IMG/VR virus record: IMGVR_UViG_3300021961_007031
Length of the DNA: 64,000 bases
DNA from: a virus
Direction: 5' to 3' (one strand)
Below the pieces are notes generated by a model, which saw nothing but the letters and a program-made list of their open reading frames with translations, did no database searches and had not been told where the DNA came from. The stretch's first letter is position 1. Every line of letters begins with the position of its first letter. Below, in pieces: positions 29,101-38,952 of this stretch. Both the position numbers and the translations under genes were made by a program.

Positions 29101-29615
29101 ACGACTTTACAAGCCTAGTTAAAAAACTAAACGAGATTAGTGACAGAGCAGAAGTTACTACAATTAATGAAAGTGTAGAACAGCCTGTAGCACGAACATC
29201 TAGTGATGTGAAGTCAACAGCAAAAATCCTACGCAAGTTTAGTGAAATTGAATCTGAAATCGTTGCTGAAGAAGCTCAAGCAAAAGAAGATGTTACTAGC
29301 GATATCAGCAATCGTTTTAGAGAGTTTATGAAAAGCGAAGTTGGTCAGGGTAATGACCTTGAATCAGTAAACACTGCTGTTCACGAAGCCCACACAACTG
29401 CAACTATTTTATCAGGAAGCATAGGTGTACTAGCTGACAGTTTAAAGCGTCAACTAGAAGCTACAAAAGAAGGTGGCGTATTACAACGCATGGTAGAACG
29501 TGAAGGTGGCGATACAACTCACATTGCAAAGGCATACGAAGCTCTCCAATTGGCCGCAGAGGCTCTTGACGCAGCACATATGTATGCAGTAAAATTAGAC
29601 GACCAAAAGAAGTAG
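29097..29615 (+). CDS. putative virion-internal protein
   Basis: MNDFTSLVKKLNE; acidic, helical. Confidence 0.5.
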   Translation: MNDFTSLVKKLNEISDRAEVTTINESVEQPVARTSSDVKSTAKILRKFSEIESEIVAEEAQAKEDVTSDISNRFREFMKSEVGQGNDLESVNTAVHEAHTTATILSGSIGVLADSLKRQLEATKEGGVLQRMVEREGGDTTHIAKAYEALQLAAEALDAAHMYAVKLDDQKK

Positions 29616-29625
29616 AGAAAAAATT

Positions 29626-30279
29626 ATGAGAGCATTTGAGTTTACCAACGAACAAACAAAAGTTGCCCCGTTAACCAGAGTTGCACCACTCACTAGAGTT
29701 GCTCCTGGTACCCGTGTTACAGGAAGTGAACCTAGTAGATGGGCAAAAAGTATGGGTAGCGATGCTGCTGCTAATGAAAAGAAACGAGCAGAAATATTAG
29801 CTCGTATGGAACGAGAACGCCCTGATTTCGAAAGAGCTGTACAAGGTCTGTCTGATACAGAATTAGCTGCTGCCAGAGAAAAGTATGCACAAAGTTTAGG
29901 ACTAAGAAATGCACAGGCTATGATAAACCTAGCAACAGGTTATGAAGCAGGCACAGGACAAATTAATCCAGATTACGACAAAGAACTACAAGCAAACAAA
30001 GCAGCCAATACTCAGGATATGACACAATATGGTGCTGCCAGAAGAGGTAACGCAAGTGTGCAATCTCCTTTTATAAGTTCACAACCTAAAAAGGCTGAGC
30101 CTGCACCTACACCAGCAGCACCTACACCTGCTCCGAAAGCAGATGCAGATGATAACCAAGGCCAATCTCAGGTTGATGCTGTTGCTAAACAAGGACGTTC
30201 ACAAGTTAATGCTGTTGCCAAATCAGGCATGGATGCTGTAAATGCATTAATGAGGAACGCTGGTTTAAGAGTAAGATAA
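29626..30279 (+). CDS. putative virion-internal protein
   Basis: MRAFEFTNE; three VAPxTR repeats; PAPT linker. Confidence 0.5.
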   Translation: MRAFEFTNEQTKVAPLTRVAPLTRVAPGTRVTGSEPSRWAKSMGSDAAANEKKRAEILARMERERPDFERAVQGLSDTELAAAREKYAQSLGLRNAQAMINLATGYEAGTGQINPDYDKELQANKAANTQDMTQYGAARRGNASVQSPFISSQPKKAEPAPTPAAPTPAPKADADDNQGQSQVDAVAKQGRSQVNAVAKSGMDAVNALMRNAGLRVR

Positions 30280-30470
30280 TGCGAGCAAAAGAGTTTCAAC
30301 CTAAAGCATTGACTGAAGCAGAATTTGACGAAGCAGCAGGTGAAAAGGATGCTTGCTATCGTAAAGTTAAAGCTCGTTACAAAGTATGGCCCAGTGCATA
30401 TGCTAGTGGTGCTCTAGTAAAGTGTCGCAAAGTGGGTGCTGCCAACTGGGGAAACAAGAGTAAAAAGTAA
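30279..30470 (+). CDS. small basic phage protein
   Basis: MRAKEF; KVWPSAYASGALVKCRK. Confidence 0.6.
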   Translation: MRAKEFQPKALTEAEFDEAAGEKDACYRKVKARYKVWPSAYASGALVKCRKVGAANWGNKSKK

Positions 30471-30724
30471 TGCTTATTACAGAAGTAGTACAAGAGGATC
30501 TACGAAAATGGTTCAAAGAGAAATGGGTTCGCTTTGGTCCTGACGGTAAGATACGTGGAGATTGTGCTAGAGGTAGTGAAAGCGAAGGTAAGCCTAAATG
30601 TTTGCCACAAAAGAAAGCACACGCATTAGGTAAAAAAGGGCGCAAGACGGCAGCAAGTCGTAAACGCAGGGAAGATCCCGATAAAAACAGACGCGGCAAA
30701 GCAAAAAACGTCGCTACAAAGTAG
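30470..30724 (+). CDS. small basic phage protein
   Basis: MLITEVVQE then DLRKWFKEKWV; PKCLP. Confidence 0.6.
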   Translation: MLITEVVQEDLRKWFKEKWVRFGPDGKIRGDCARGSESEGKPKCLPQKKAHALGKKGRKTAASRKRREDPDKNRRGKAKNVATK

Positions 30725-30733
30725 AAATAAACT

Positions 30734-31639
30734 ATGCTATTTTTAAATTACGCTGAGTTTTATTTAACCAACGTATGTAATTTGTCATGTCCAGGCTGTA
30801 ACAGGTTTAACAGTTTTAATTTTAAAGGGCATCAACGTTGGTCAGATTTAAAAGACACTTATACTAAATGGGCTAAAGTTTTACACCTAGGCAATTTTGG
30901 GATTTTGGGCGGAGAACCATTACTAAATCCTAATTTTATGGATTGGTTAATTGGAACAACTGACTTATGGCCCAAATCAACATGTAGGTTAACTACAAAT
31001 GGTTTTAGACTTAATAAAGTCAAAGGCTTGTACGATGTATTAAAAAGTCGTCCTAAAATTCAAATGTCAGTTGGTATTCATAATAAAATGCACAAGCGGG
31101 AAATAATGAATATTTTAGAAGAATTCCTTGCTGGGCCGCTTAAAATAGAACACGATAATTCTAATAAATATCAGCAAAAGTTGTATATCACCGATTCTAA
31201 TGATGTAAAAGTTAGAGTAGAATATAATTGGTGGTTTCATCAGGGAGCAATCATTCCTAACGATCAAGGAAAGTTAACTTTGCATAACAGTGATCCAGAT
31301 AAAGCGCATAGTATTTGCCACAGTTCAGAATGTCATCATTTTGCATATGGCAAATTATACAAATGCGGCGCCAGTGCGCTGTTTTCAGAGTTTGACGAAC
31401 AGATAGGTTTAGAACTAGATTCTAAAGATAGAGAATTAATTAATAATGTAAATTCATTATCAGTGGATGACGATTTAGAAACACAAAAACTGTTTATAGA
31501 AAATATAAAAAACCCTATACCACAATGTAAATTTTGTCCTGAAGTTTATATTGGAGATCAAATTTTTGCCTTAAAGAAAAAGGATATATTGGCCCAGCAA
31601 CGAGAGAGTACAAATGAGATTTTCCGAGTTAACACATAA
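30734..31639 (+). CDS. radical SAM protein
   Basis: CNLSCPGC, GGEPLL, TTNG, C-terminal Cys. Confidence 0.88.
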   Translation: MLFLNYAEFYLTNVCNLSCPGCNRFNSFNFKGHQRWSDLKDTYTKWAKVLHLGNFGILGGEPLLNPNFMDWLIGTTDLWPKSTCRLTTNGFRLNKVKGLYDVLKSRPKIQMSVGIHNKMHKREIMNILEEFLAGPLKIEHDNSNKYQQKLYITDSNDVKVRVEYNWWFHQGAIIPNDQGKLTLHNSDPDKAHSICHSSECHHFAYGKLYKCGASALFSEFDEQIGLELDSKDRELINNVNSLSVDDDLETQKLFIENIKNPIPQCKFCPEVYIGDQIFALKKKDILAQQRESTNEIFRVNT

Positions 31640-32171
31640 ACCTACACCAGTAGAATTAGCAATTAAAGAACATATTGCAAGAGGCGTTCCTTTTAGCGAA
31701 TGCATGTTTCGTCCAGGTAGTAAAGCGTTTACAGAGTTCTATAACACCCTAAGAGAAATGCGTGATACTCTAGAGTTAGATTGGCAGGATCAGGAACTAC
31801 TTGATACAGATATTGGCGAATGTGTTGTTATTGAAGGTGAACGTGTTCCTCTTGATGTTCCTATTGAAGAAGAAGTTGAACTTGATGAAGCAGAATATCA
31901 GGGCAAGCAAGTTAAACTTAATTCTCCAAAGCGTGGCGGAAGCAAAAAGTTCTATGTATATGTAAAGAACCCAAAGACTGATCGTGTTAAAAAAATTAGT
32001 TGGGGTGACACAACGGGCCTAAGTGTAAAGGCCAAAAACCGCGGCGCAGTTCGTAGTTTTGTTGCACGACATAAATGTATGCAAGCCAATGACAAACTTA
32101 CTGCAAGATACTGGAGTTGCCGCACACCACGCTATAAAGCACTTGGTGTTAAAGGCGGAGCTTGGTGGTGA
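31614..32171 (+). CDS. putative virion-internal protein
   Basis: MRFSEL; acidic N-half, LDE then AEYQG..KKFYVYVKN..ARYWSC basic C-half. Confidence 0.55.
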   Translation: MRFSELTHKPTPVELAIKEHIARGVPFSECMFRPGSKAFTEFYNTLREMRDTLELDWQDQELLDTDIGECVVIEGERVPLDVPIEEEVELDEAEYQGKQVKLNSPKRGGSKKFYVYVKNPKTDRVKKISWGDTTGLSVKAKNRGAVRSFVARHKCMQANDKLTARYWSCRTPRYKALGVKGGAWW

Positions 32172-32431
32172 GCCCTTATACAGAGTCCCGCAAAGACAAT
32201 GTAATTACAAGAAAATTTTCCCCTAGCGTTGACAGTGACGAACTTGTCTGGCACAGAGACAGGCGTGACCGTAGCATTACTATAGTTGAAGGTACTGACT
32301 GGAAACTACAAATGGATAATGAACTTCCAGTAACATTAAAGCCTGGTGATAGTTTTAATATACCCAAAAACACCTATCACAGAGTAATAAAAGGCACATC
32401 TGACCTTGTTGTTACAATACGAGAACACTAG
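32162..32431 (+). CDS. cupin-like protein
   Basis: WHRD..IPKNTYHRVIKG. Confidence 0.6.
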   Translation: MVVSPYTESRKDNVITRKFSPSVDSDELVWHRDRRDRSITIVEGTDWKLQMDNELPVTLKPGDSFNIPKNTYHRVIKGTSDLVVTIREH

Positions 32432-32460
32432 ATAAATATCATATATTTGCGGGAATTGCT

Positions 32461-33054
32461 ATGAGAGACCTTATTGACAGATTAAAACTAATCGAAAATT
32501 TAGAAAAAGGCGTACAGCCAGACTTTCACTTTATGATATTAGAGGATGGCGAAATCTTTATAATGGAAGGTGATGCAGAAATACAAGCAGTTGTTGATGC
32601 AATTAGATCACTAGCAAAGACAGGTGAAGGTAGACAAATTTCTCAAAATGTATTTGGTAAAGACCCAGATGATGTAACAGATGAAGAAATTTTCAACACA
32701 CTAATTGCTCCAGGTTATCAAGCATTAAAGCCATTTACTGGAATGATGAAACAAGGTTTAGACTCAGTACCTAGTGGCTACACCCCAAGTCAGATAGCAA
32801 AAGCTGGCACAACTCCTTTTGTTGGAGGCTTTGTACGAGACCAGATCAGAAAACAGATACCTAACCAGAAAGTTGATACAGGCCCAAATAATCTAGGAAC
32901 AGTAGACATTGATGCTAGTGATCGTGATATTGAACGTGTATTACAAGCCTATAACAAATTGGGTAATACATTTCCTAAAGCAAAAGACATGTTAGACCAA
33001 AAAGATGTTGATGGTGCACTAAGGCAAGTTTACTCAAGAATGAAAGCAGACTAA
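32461..33054 (+). CDS. putative virion-internal protein
   Basis: TAAATA at 32433-32438; MRDLIDRLKLIE. Confidence 0.5.
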   Translation: MRDLIDRLKLIENLEKGVQPDFHFMILEDGEIFIMEGDAEIQAVVDAIRSLAKTGEGRQISQNVFGKDPDDVTDEEIFNTLIAPGYQALKPFTGMMKQGLDSVPSGYTPSQIAKAGTTPFVGGFVRDQIRKQIPNQKVDTGPNNLGTVDIDASDRDIERVLQAYNKLGNTFPKAKDMLDQKDVDGALRQVYSRMKAD

Positions 33055-33371
33055 TGACTAGCTTAAGAAGAATTATAGATATTGTTGAACGTGCAGGCAT
33101 GGAGTATGTTGCTAACCGTGACTTTACACTTGTAGCAAAAACTGTTAAGGATGATGTAACATATGCCTTAGGCAGAGTTGATCATGATTACGATGACAAC
33201 CGCAAAGCTGATTATAGCATTTATAAGTTAGTACGAACAGGTGGTTACGAATTCAAGGGTACCTTTTATCCTCAAGATTTCTACACAGAAGTGGAAAGTC
33301 TAGACCTAAGTCCATATGTAAAACCAACTGAAGCACACAAAGCATTTAAATCCTGGGTAGAGCAACACTAA
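33054..33371 (+). CDS. hypothetical protein
   Basis: Coupled ORF; MTSLRRIIDIVE. Confidence 0.5.
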   Translation: MTSLRRIIDIVERAGMEYVANRDFTLVAKTVKDDVTYALGRVDHDYDDNRKADYSIYKLVRTGGYEFKGTFYPQDFYTEVESLDLSPYVKPTEAHKAFKSWVEQH

Positions 33372-33374
33372 CGG

Positions 33375-33403
33375 TTGACACATTAGCACTAGAGTAGTAT
33401 AAT
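33375..33403 (+). promoter_or_regulatory. consensus sigma70 early promoter of the replication operon
   Basis: TTGACA-N17-TATAAT. Confidence 0.85.
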
Positions 33404-33420
33404 TACACTATTATAAGGAG

Positions 33421-33690
33421 ATGTCAATGAGCTCAGATAGAGTCTTTAACAGCGAAGAAAAAGCAAAACTTACCCAACTTATTAATGAAGGTCTTACTGT
33501 ATTACAAGAAGTAGATGATCTTACAGAAGGTTTAAACGATACTGTAAAGGCAATTGCAGAAGAAATGCAGATTAAGCCAGCAGTACTTAAGAAAGCAGTG
33601 CGTACAGCATACAAGTCAGACTTTGCTAAACATAGCGAAGATTTAGCATCTCTAGAAAACATCCTAGCAACGGTCGGCAAACTTCAGTGA
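33421..33690 (+). CDS. T4 DsbA/GapR-like dsDNA-binding protein
   Basis: Helical; VKAIAEEMQIKPAVLKKAVRTAYK; upstream of the polymerase. Confidence 0.55.
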   Translation: MSMSSDRVFNSEEKAKLTQLINEGLTVLQEVDDLTEGLNDTVKAIAEEMQIKPAVLKKAVRTAYKSDFAKHSEDLASLENILATVGKLQ

Positions 33691-33911
33691 ACCAAAACAA
33701 ACCTTACCAGCCCCTGGCATGGTTAGGAACTGCTGCAATATTATGCGGATCAGTTCTTGCAGCCTTTAACGTTTTTCCTGTATACTTATATGTATTCCTT
33801 GTAGCAAATGCTATATGGGCTACAGTAGGTTGGTTGTGGCGTGAGTACAGTTTAGTTGTACTCAACGCCGGAATAACAGTAGTTTATCTTGCAGGATTGT
33901 TTTTTAAATAA
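33687..33911 (+). CDS. small 3-TM membrane protein
   Basis: Hydrophobic; similar to 8344..8562. Confidence 0.55.
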   Translation: MNQNKPYQPLAWLGTAAILCGSVLAAFNVFPVYLYVFLVANAIWATVGWLWREYSLVVLNAGITVVYLAGLFFK

Positions 33912-33927
33912 TTGTATAGGATTGTAA

Positions 33928-36579
33928 ATGTACGTTGACGCTTATTTTGATAGAGAACATGACAGGATCAATGTTGTAGAACGTGTAAACGGCAGGAGAG
34001 AATATCGTGAATTTCCTGTCAACTACATCTTTTATTACAACGATCCACGTGGCAAGCATCAGACTATCTATGGCAACAGAGTAAGCAGATTTAGTACCAG
34101 AAACGGTAAAGAGTTCCAGAAGGAACTTAAAATACACGGCAATCATGGCCTTTGGGAAAGTGATATCAATCCAGTATTTCGTTGTTTAGCAGAGAACTAT
34201 CTGGGCGTTGATGCTCCTAAACTACAAACAGCGTTTTTTGATATTGAGGTTGACTTTGACCCAGAACGTGGCTACAGTTCGCCGGATGATCCGTTTAACG
34301 CAATTACAGCAATTACAGTGTACATGGACTGGCTAGGACAACTAGTCACACTTGCTATTCCTCCCAAGAGCATGAGTATGGAAACTGCAAAGGAAACTGT
34401 TGCAGAGTTTGATAACATGTTCTTGTTTGATAGAGAAGATAGGCTGCTAGAAGCATTCCTGGATCTCATAGAGGATGCGGATATCCTAAGTGGTTGGAAC
34501 AGTGAGGGTTATGATATTCCCTACACAGTAAATCGTATCACTAGAGTACTGAGCAAGGACGATACTAGGCGTTTTTGTTTATGGGGTCAACTGCCCAAGC
34601 AACGCACATTTGAGCGTTTTGGCAAAGAAGATAGTACATACGATATTATCGGCAGACAGCACTTGGATTACATGCAGTTGTATCGCAAGTACACCTATCA
34701 TGAAATGCACAGTTACAGTTTGGATGCCATTGGCGAGTATGAACTTAATGAGCGTAAGGTTGCATATGAGGGCACACTGGACCAACTATACAACCAGGAC
34801 TTTTACACATTTATTGACTATAACAGACAGGACACTATGCTCCTGTACAAACTGGATCAAAAGTTAAAGTTTATTGATCTAGCAAACGAACTTGCTCATG
34901 CAAACACAGTGCTACTACCTACTACAATGGGCGCGGTTGCTGTTACAGAACAAGCAATTATTAACCACGCTCATGAGCAAGGGCTTGTTGTGCCCAACAA
35001 GAAAAAGCCAGACGAAGAACATAACAAAGCAGCAGGTGCGTATGTTGCAAAGCCCAAAGTAGGACTACATGACTGGATAGGCAGTATTGACTTGAACAGT
35101 CTGTATCCTAGTGTTATTAGGGCACTAAACATGGCACCAGAAACCATTGTAGGACAACTGCGCCCTATCATAACTAACCAAGCCATACAAACAATCTTAT
35201 CCCAGAAGGGCACATTTAGTGATGCTTGGGACGGCGAGTTTGGTAGCAAAGAATACCAAGCAGTTATGAACATGGAGGTGGGCACTGAAATTACTATTGA
35301 CTGGGAAAGTGGTGACAGTGACACACTTAGCGCAGCAGATGTATGGCGTCTAGTTTTTGATAGTAACAACCCCTGGATACTAAGCGCAAACGGTACTATC
35401 CTAACCTATGAAAAGAAGGGCATTGTTCCTGGATTGCTTGAACGCTGGTACGCAGAGCGTAAAGAACTACAAGCAAAGATGCGCGGTGCTGAAGGTGAAG
35501 AACGAGCGTTCTGGGACAAGCGACAACTTGTTAAGAAGATTAACTTGAACAGTTTGTATGGTGCTATCCTTAATCCATACTGCCGCTTCTTTGACCATCG
35601 CATTGGACAGTCCACTACACTTACTGGCAGATGTATTGCCAAGCACATGAGTGCACAGGTAAACAAACTGCTAACTGACAAGTATGATCACTTGGGTGAT
35701 TGTGTTATATATGGTGACACAGATAGTGTGTACTTTAGTGCTTGGCCAGTTATTAAAGAGCAAGTAGACGCTGGTAAGATGAAGTGGGGAAAGGATGAAT
35801 GCATCGCACTCTATGACCAACTTGGTGAAGCAGTAAACGAAACCTTTGCTGGTTTTATGGAACGGGCATTCCATTGTCCAAGAAGCTATGGCGAGATTGT
35901 TGCAGCAGCAAGAGAAATTGTAGCACTTAAAGGTTTGTTTATTACAAAGAAGCGTTATGCTGCACTTGTAATTGATACTGAAGGTTACCGCAGTGATACA
36001 GATGGCAAGCCCGGTAAAGTAAAAGCAATGGGATTGGATCTCAAGCGCAGCGACACACCCAAATACATGCAGGACTTTTTAAGTGAACTGCTACTGGATG
36101 TGCTTACAGGTAAAGATAGCGAACATGTCGTAGAGCGTATTAAAGACTTCAAGTATCAGTTCAAGGACAAGCCAGGCTGGGAAAAGGGTACACCCAAGCG
36201 TGTAAACAACCTAACTATGTACACTGCACGAGAACGAGCAGAGGGCAAGGCTAATATGCCCGGGCATGTTAGAGCAGCAATGAACTGGAACTACTTACGG
36301 GCACTACACAATGATAACTACAGTCAACAAATTGTTGATGGAATGAAGACCATTGTATGCAAACTTAAAGACAATCCACTGGGCTACACAAGCGTGGGCT
36401 ATCCCACAGACGAAACCACACTTCCTAAATGGTTCAAGGAACTGCCCTTTGATGATGGCGCAATGGAAGATGCTATCGTGGACCAGAAGATCGATAACCT
36501 TCTCAGTGAACTAAACTGGAATCTTAAAGAAAAGACACAAACTAAAAATACTTTTGACAGTTTATTCTCATTTGAGTAA
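33928..36579 (+). CDS. family B DNA polymerase (gp43-like)
   Basis: FFDIEV exonuclease I, DLNSLYPS, KINLNSLYG, YGDTDS, KKRYA. Confidence 0.97.
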   Translation: MYVDAYFDREHDRINVVERVNGRREYREFPVNYIFYYNDPRGKHQTIYGNRVSRFSTRNGKEFQKELKIHGNHGLWESDINPVFRCLAENYLGVDAPKLQTAFFDIEVDFDPERGYSSPDDPFNAITAITVYMDWLGQLVTLAIPPKSMSMETAKETVAEFDNMFLFDREDRLLEAFLDLIEDADILSGWNSEGYDIPYTVNRITRVLSKDDTRRFCLWGQLPKQRTFERFGKEDSTYDIIGRQHLDYMQLYRKYTYHEMHSYSLDAIGEYELNERKVAYEGTLDQLYNQDFYTFIDYNRQDTMLLYKLDQKLKFIDLANELAHANTVLLPTTMGAVAVTEQAIINHAHEQGLVVPNKKKPDEEHNKAAGAYVAKPKVGLHDWIGSIDLNSLYPSVIRALNMAPETIVGQLRPIITNQAIQTILSQKGTFSDAWDGEFGSKEYQAVMNMEVGTEITIDWESGDSDTLSAADVWRLVFDSNNPWILSANGTILTYEKKGIVPGLLERWYAERKELQAKMRGAEGEERAFWDKRQLVKKINLNSLYGAILNPYCRFFDHRIGQSTTLTGRCIAKHMSAQVNKLLTDKYDHLGDCVIYGDTDSVYFSAWPVIKEQVDAGKMKWGKDECIALYDQLGEAVNETFAGFMERAFHCPRSYGEIVAAAREIVALKGLFITKKRYAALVIDTEGYRSDTDGKPGKVKAMGLDLKRSDTPKYMQDFLSELLLDVLTGKDSEHVVERIKDFKYQFKDKPGWEKGTPKRVNNLTMYTARERAEGKANMPGHVRAAMNWNYLRALHNDNYSQQIVDGMKTIVCKLKDNPLGYTSVGYPTDETTLPKWFKELPFDDGAMEDAIVDQKIDNLLSELNWNLKEKTQTKNTFDSLFSFE

Positions 36580-36600
36580 TATGCGTATATAAATATATGC

Positions 36601-37530
36601 ATGAGCCGGCTTCTTAAAAATCATAGTTTACTAGACGAATATAAAAGAAGAATTGCGCTGTTGCCTGTTGATATTACCGGGCAATTGGAAATTATTGAAC
36701 AAACTATCAAGTCTCAGTTACCAAGGTGGAAAAATACTGATAAGCATAATGCTATACTTCAAAGAGTGCAAGAGTTAGCAACTGCTCAGAATAATTTAAA
36801 TTCTGCAATCCAAGATTTAACTCAAGAAATCCATAATCTTTTAGTTGGAAAAGAAAAAAGAATAATTCAAAGAGACTATCAAAGAGTAGAAAAGCAGGTT
36901 GTTGAAGATGAAGACTTCATAATACGAAATAGTTGGCTTACTAACGAAATTAAAGATAAGTTAATGGGTTATATACATAACCATAGTGCTATTTGGCAAC
37001 ATGGTAGTTTGGAAATCAATCCAGGCGATGGATATTTTAGCACTATAATGAATGCAGCAGATCCCCAATACTGTATAGTTGCTAATAAACAAGTAGAACA
37101 AGTAATAAAAAGTAAATTTAATGAGTTTTACAGCAATAGACGATTAAGATGCTATACCGATGTAGCACAGTTACCAGATAATGGTATAGGATTTTCTACA
37201 TGTATAAATTTGTATGAGTATTTGCCTGTGGACAATATAAAAGATATTAGTATGGCTACTTTTAATAAATTAAAGCCAGGTGGCAAATTTTTAATTACCT
37301 ATAACGACTGCGAGCAGCGTTACAGTTTAGAAATGCTTGGCAACGATGCAAGATGTTTGGCTACCAAAAGTTTAATAGAAGGTTTACACTATGGCATAGG
37401 ATATGACATATTAGAAGCAGGCAACACAAACGATGGTGTCTGGAGTTATATGTTATTACAAAAGCCAGGAACACTTACAAGCCAAAAAATGAATGCTCCT
37501 GCTATAGAATTTGTTGAAGAAAAAGTTTGA
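36601..37530 (+). CDS. coiled coil plus methyltransferase-like domain
   Basis: LEINPGDG, KLKPGG; TATAAATA at 36588-36595. Confidence 0.5.
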   Translation: MSRLLKNHSLLDEYKRRIALLPVDITGQLEIIEQTIKSQLPRWKNTDKHNAILQRVQELATAQNNLNSAIQDLTQEIHNLLVGKEKRIIQRDYQRVEKQVVEDEDFIIRNSWLTNEIKDKLMGYIHNHSAIWQHGSLEINPGDGYFSTIMNAADPQYCIVANKQVEQVIKSKFNEFYSNRRLRCYTDVAQLPDNGIGFSTCINLYEYLPVDNIKDISMATFNKLKPGGKFLITYNDCEQRYSLEMLGNDARCLATKSLIEGLHYGIGYDILEAGNTNDGVWSYMLLQKPGTLTSQKMNAPAIEFVEEKV

Positions 37531-37555
37531 CTCAACCCCTTTAACCAAGTATAAT
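37527..37555 (+). promoter_or_regulatory. sigma70 promoter
   Basis: TTGACT-N17-TATAAT. Confidence 0.8.
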
Positions 37556-37583
37556 AATCATATTATAAGCAAAGGATTTATCT

Positions 37584-38315
37584 ATGAAAGATTATCTATT
37601 AGATATTGTTAAGCATACACATAGTTTGGGTATTATTGATCTAGTAAAGATTACCGGAGACGATTCAAAGACAAGTATTGAAGGACTTGCAGAAGACCGT
37701 AGTGTAATTTTACAGGGCGAGTTCCATACGCCAGTTGCTGATTTTATTGGCACATTTGGTATGCCCAACCTAGACAAACTGGGCATTATACTACGCATTC
37801 CTGAATATGCAGATGATGCAAAGATTACTATCAATACGCAAGAGCGTAACGGCGAAACAGTACCAGTAGGTGTTCATTTTGAGAACAAGGCTGGTGACTT
37901 CCAGAACACATACAGATTTATGAGCAGCGACATTGTAAACGATAAGCTCAAAAGTGTTACAATGAAACCGGTAAATTGGGGTGTAAATTTCCAACCCAGC
38001 ATCGCAGGCATCCAACGCCTTAAGATGATGATTAGTGCTAACAGTGAGCAAAGCGTGTTCACTGCAAGAACAACTGGCAAAGATTTAACATTTGCATTTG
38101 GCGATGCTAGCACCCATGCTGGTGAGTTTGTGTTCCAACCTGATGTTGGTGGCAGCCTTAGCAAAGCCTGGAGTTGGCCAGTGGATAGCATTAGCAAGAT
38201 TCTAAGCCTAAGTGGCGACATCAGCTACAAGATAAGCGATGATGGCGTTAGCCAGATTACAGTTGATAGTGGTCTTGGTGTTTACAACTACCTACTTCCT
38301 GCTCAGACCAAGTAA
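37584..38315 (+). CDS. putative sliding clamp (gp45/PCNA-like)
   Basis: 243 aa; PCNA-like alpha/beta pattern ending YNYLLPA; near the polymerase. Confidence 0.6.
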   Translation: MKDYLLDIVKHTHSLGIIDLVKITGDDSKTSIEGLAEDRSVILQGEFHTPVADFIGTFGMPNLDKLGIILRIPEYADDAKITINTQERNGETVPVGVHFENKAGDFQNTYRFMSSDIVNDKLKSVTMKPVNWGVNFQPSIAGIQRLKMMISANSEQSVFTARTTGKDLTFAFGDASTHAGEFVFQPDVGGSLSKAWSWPVDSISKILSLSGDISYKISDDGVSQITVDSGLGVYNYLLPAQTK

Positions 38316-38941
38316 TGCATTTTGATGTAAAACTACTACCGGTGTTAATTAATCCAGAACTAAATTGTATCTGGATTAATATACCCAAAAATGCTAGTAG
38401 TTTTATGCAAAAGATGTTACAGGATAATGGTTGGCGAGAACCAGATTCTAGTATTACTTCAAGTCTACTAAACAGTAATATCCGTAAATTTGCAATTTTA
38501 CGCAATCCTGTAAAGAGATGGATCAGTGGATTTGCTGAGTGTTTTATGGATATGCCAGAGATGGTAAACATGTTAGATAATCCCGCATTCATAGAGGTTG
38601 TCCAGCGTTCACCAGTGTTTGATAATCATACTGAATTGCAGTGTACATTCATTCCTGATAGTAGGAATCTAGAGTACATTTTTATGGATAGTGATAGGCA
38701 ACCTCAAGTCTTTTTTTCTACAGTAGACACATGGTTTAAAAATAATGGATACCAAAGTGATTGTCATTTCTGGCGAGATCCTGTCAATCCCAGTAGTAAT
38801 GATCCGGTTAAAAAAGAAATAAACCGTATACTACAAAACATGCATCAAAACAAACATTCATTATTTGATAGTTTGGATACCTTTTACCAATCTGATTATA
38901 ACTTAATGAATGCTAGTAAGAGAATAAATTACGAATTATAG
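38315..38941 (+). CDS. sulfotransferase family 2-like protein
   Basis: IPKNASS (5'-PSB) and LRNPVKRWISG (3'-PB). Confidence 0.7.
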   Translation: MHFDVKLLPVLINPELNCIWINIPKNASSFMQKMLQDNGWREPDSSITSSLLNSNIRKFAILRNPVKRWISGFAECFMDMPEMVNMLDNPAFIEVVQRSPVFDNHTELQCTFIPDSRNLEYIFMDSDRQPQVFFSTVDTWFKNNGYQSDCHFWRDPVNPSSNDPVKKEINRILQNMHQNKHSLFDSLDTFYQSDYNLMNASKRINYEL

Positions 38942-38952
38942 AAAGTGTAACA

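Noticed and set aside
33928-36579. Intein or intron in the DNA polymerase
   Set aside because: The 883-aa ORF is continuous, has normal motif spacing and shows no splice motifs.
38855-38890. SLFDSLDTF in the sulfotransferase-like protein as another clamp-binding motif
   Set aside because: Only a partial match, and it lies in the family's usual C-terminal helix before Y..D.
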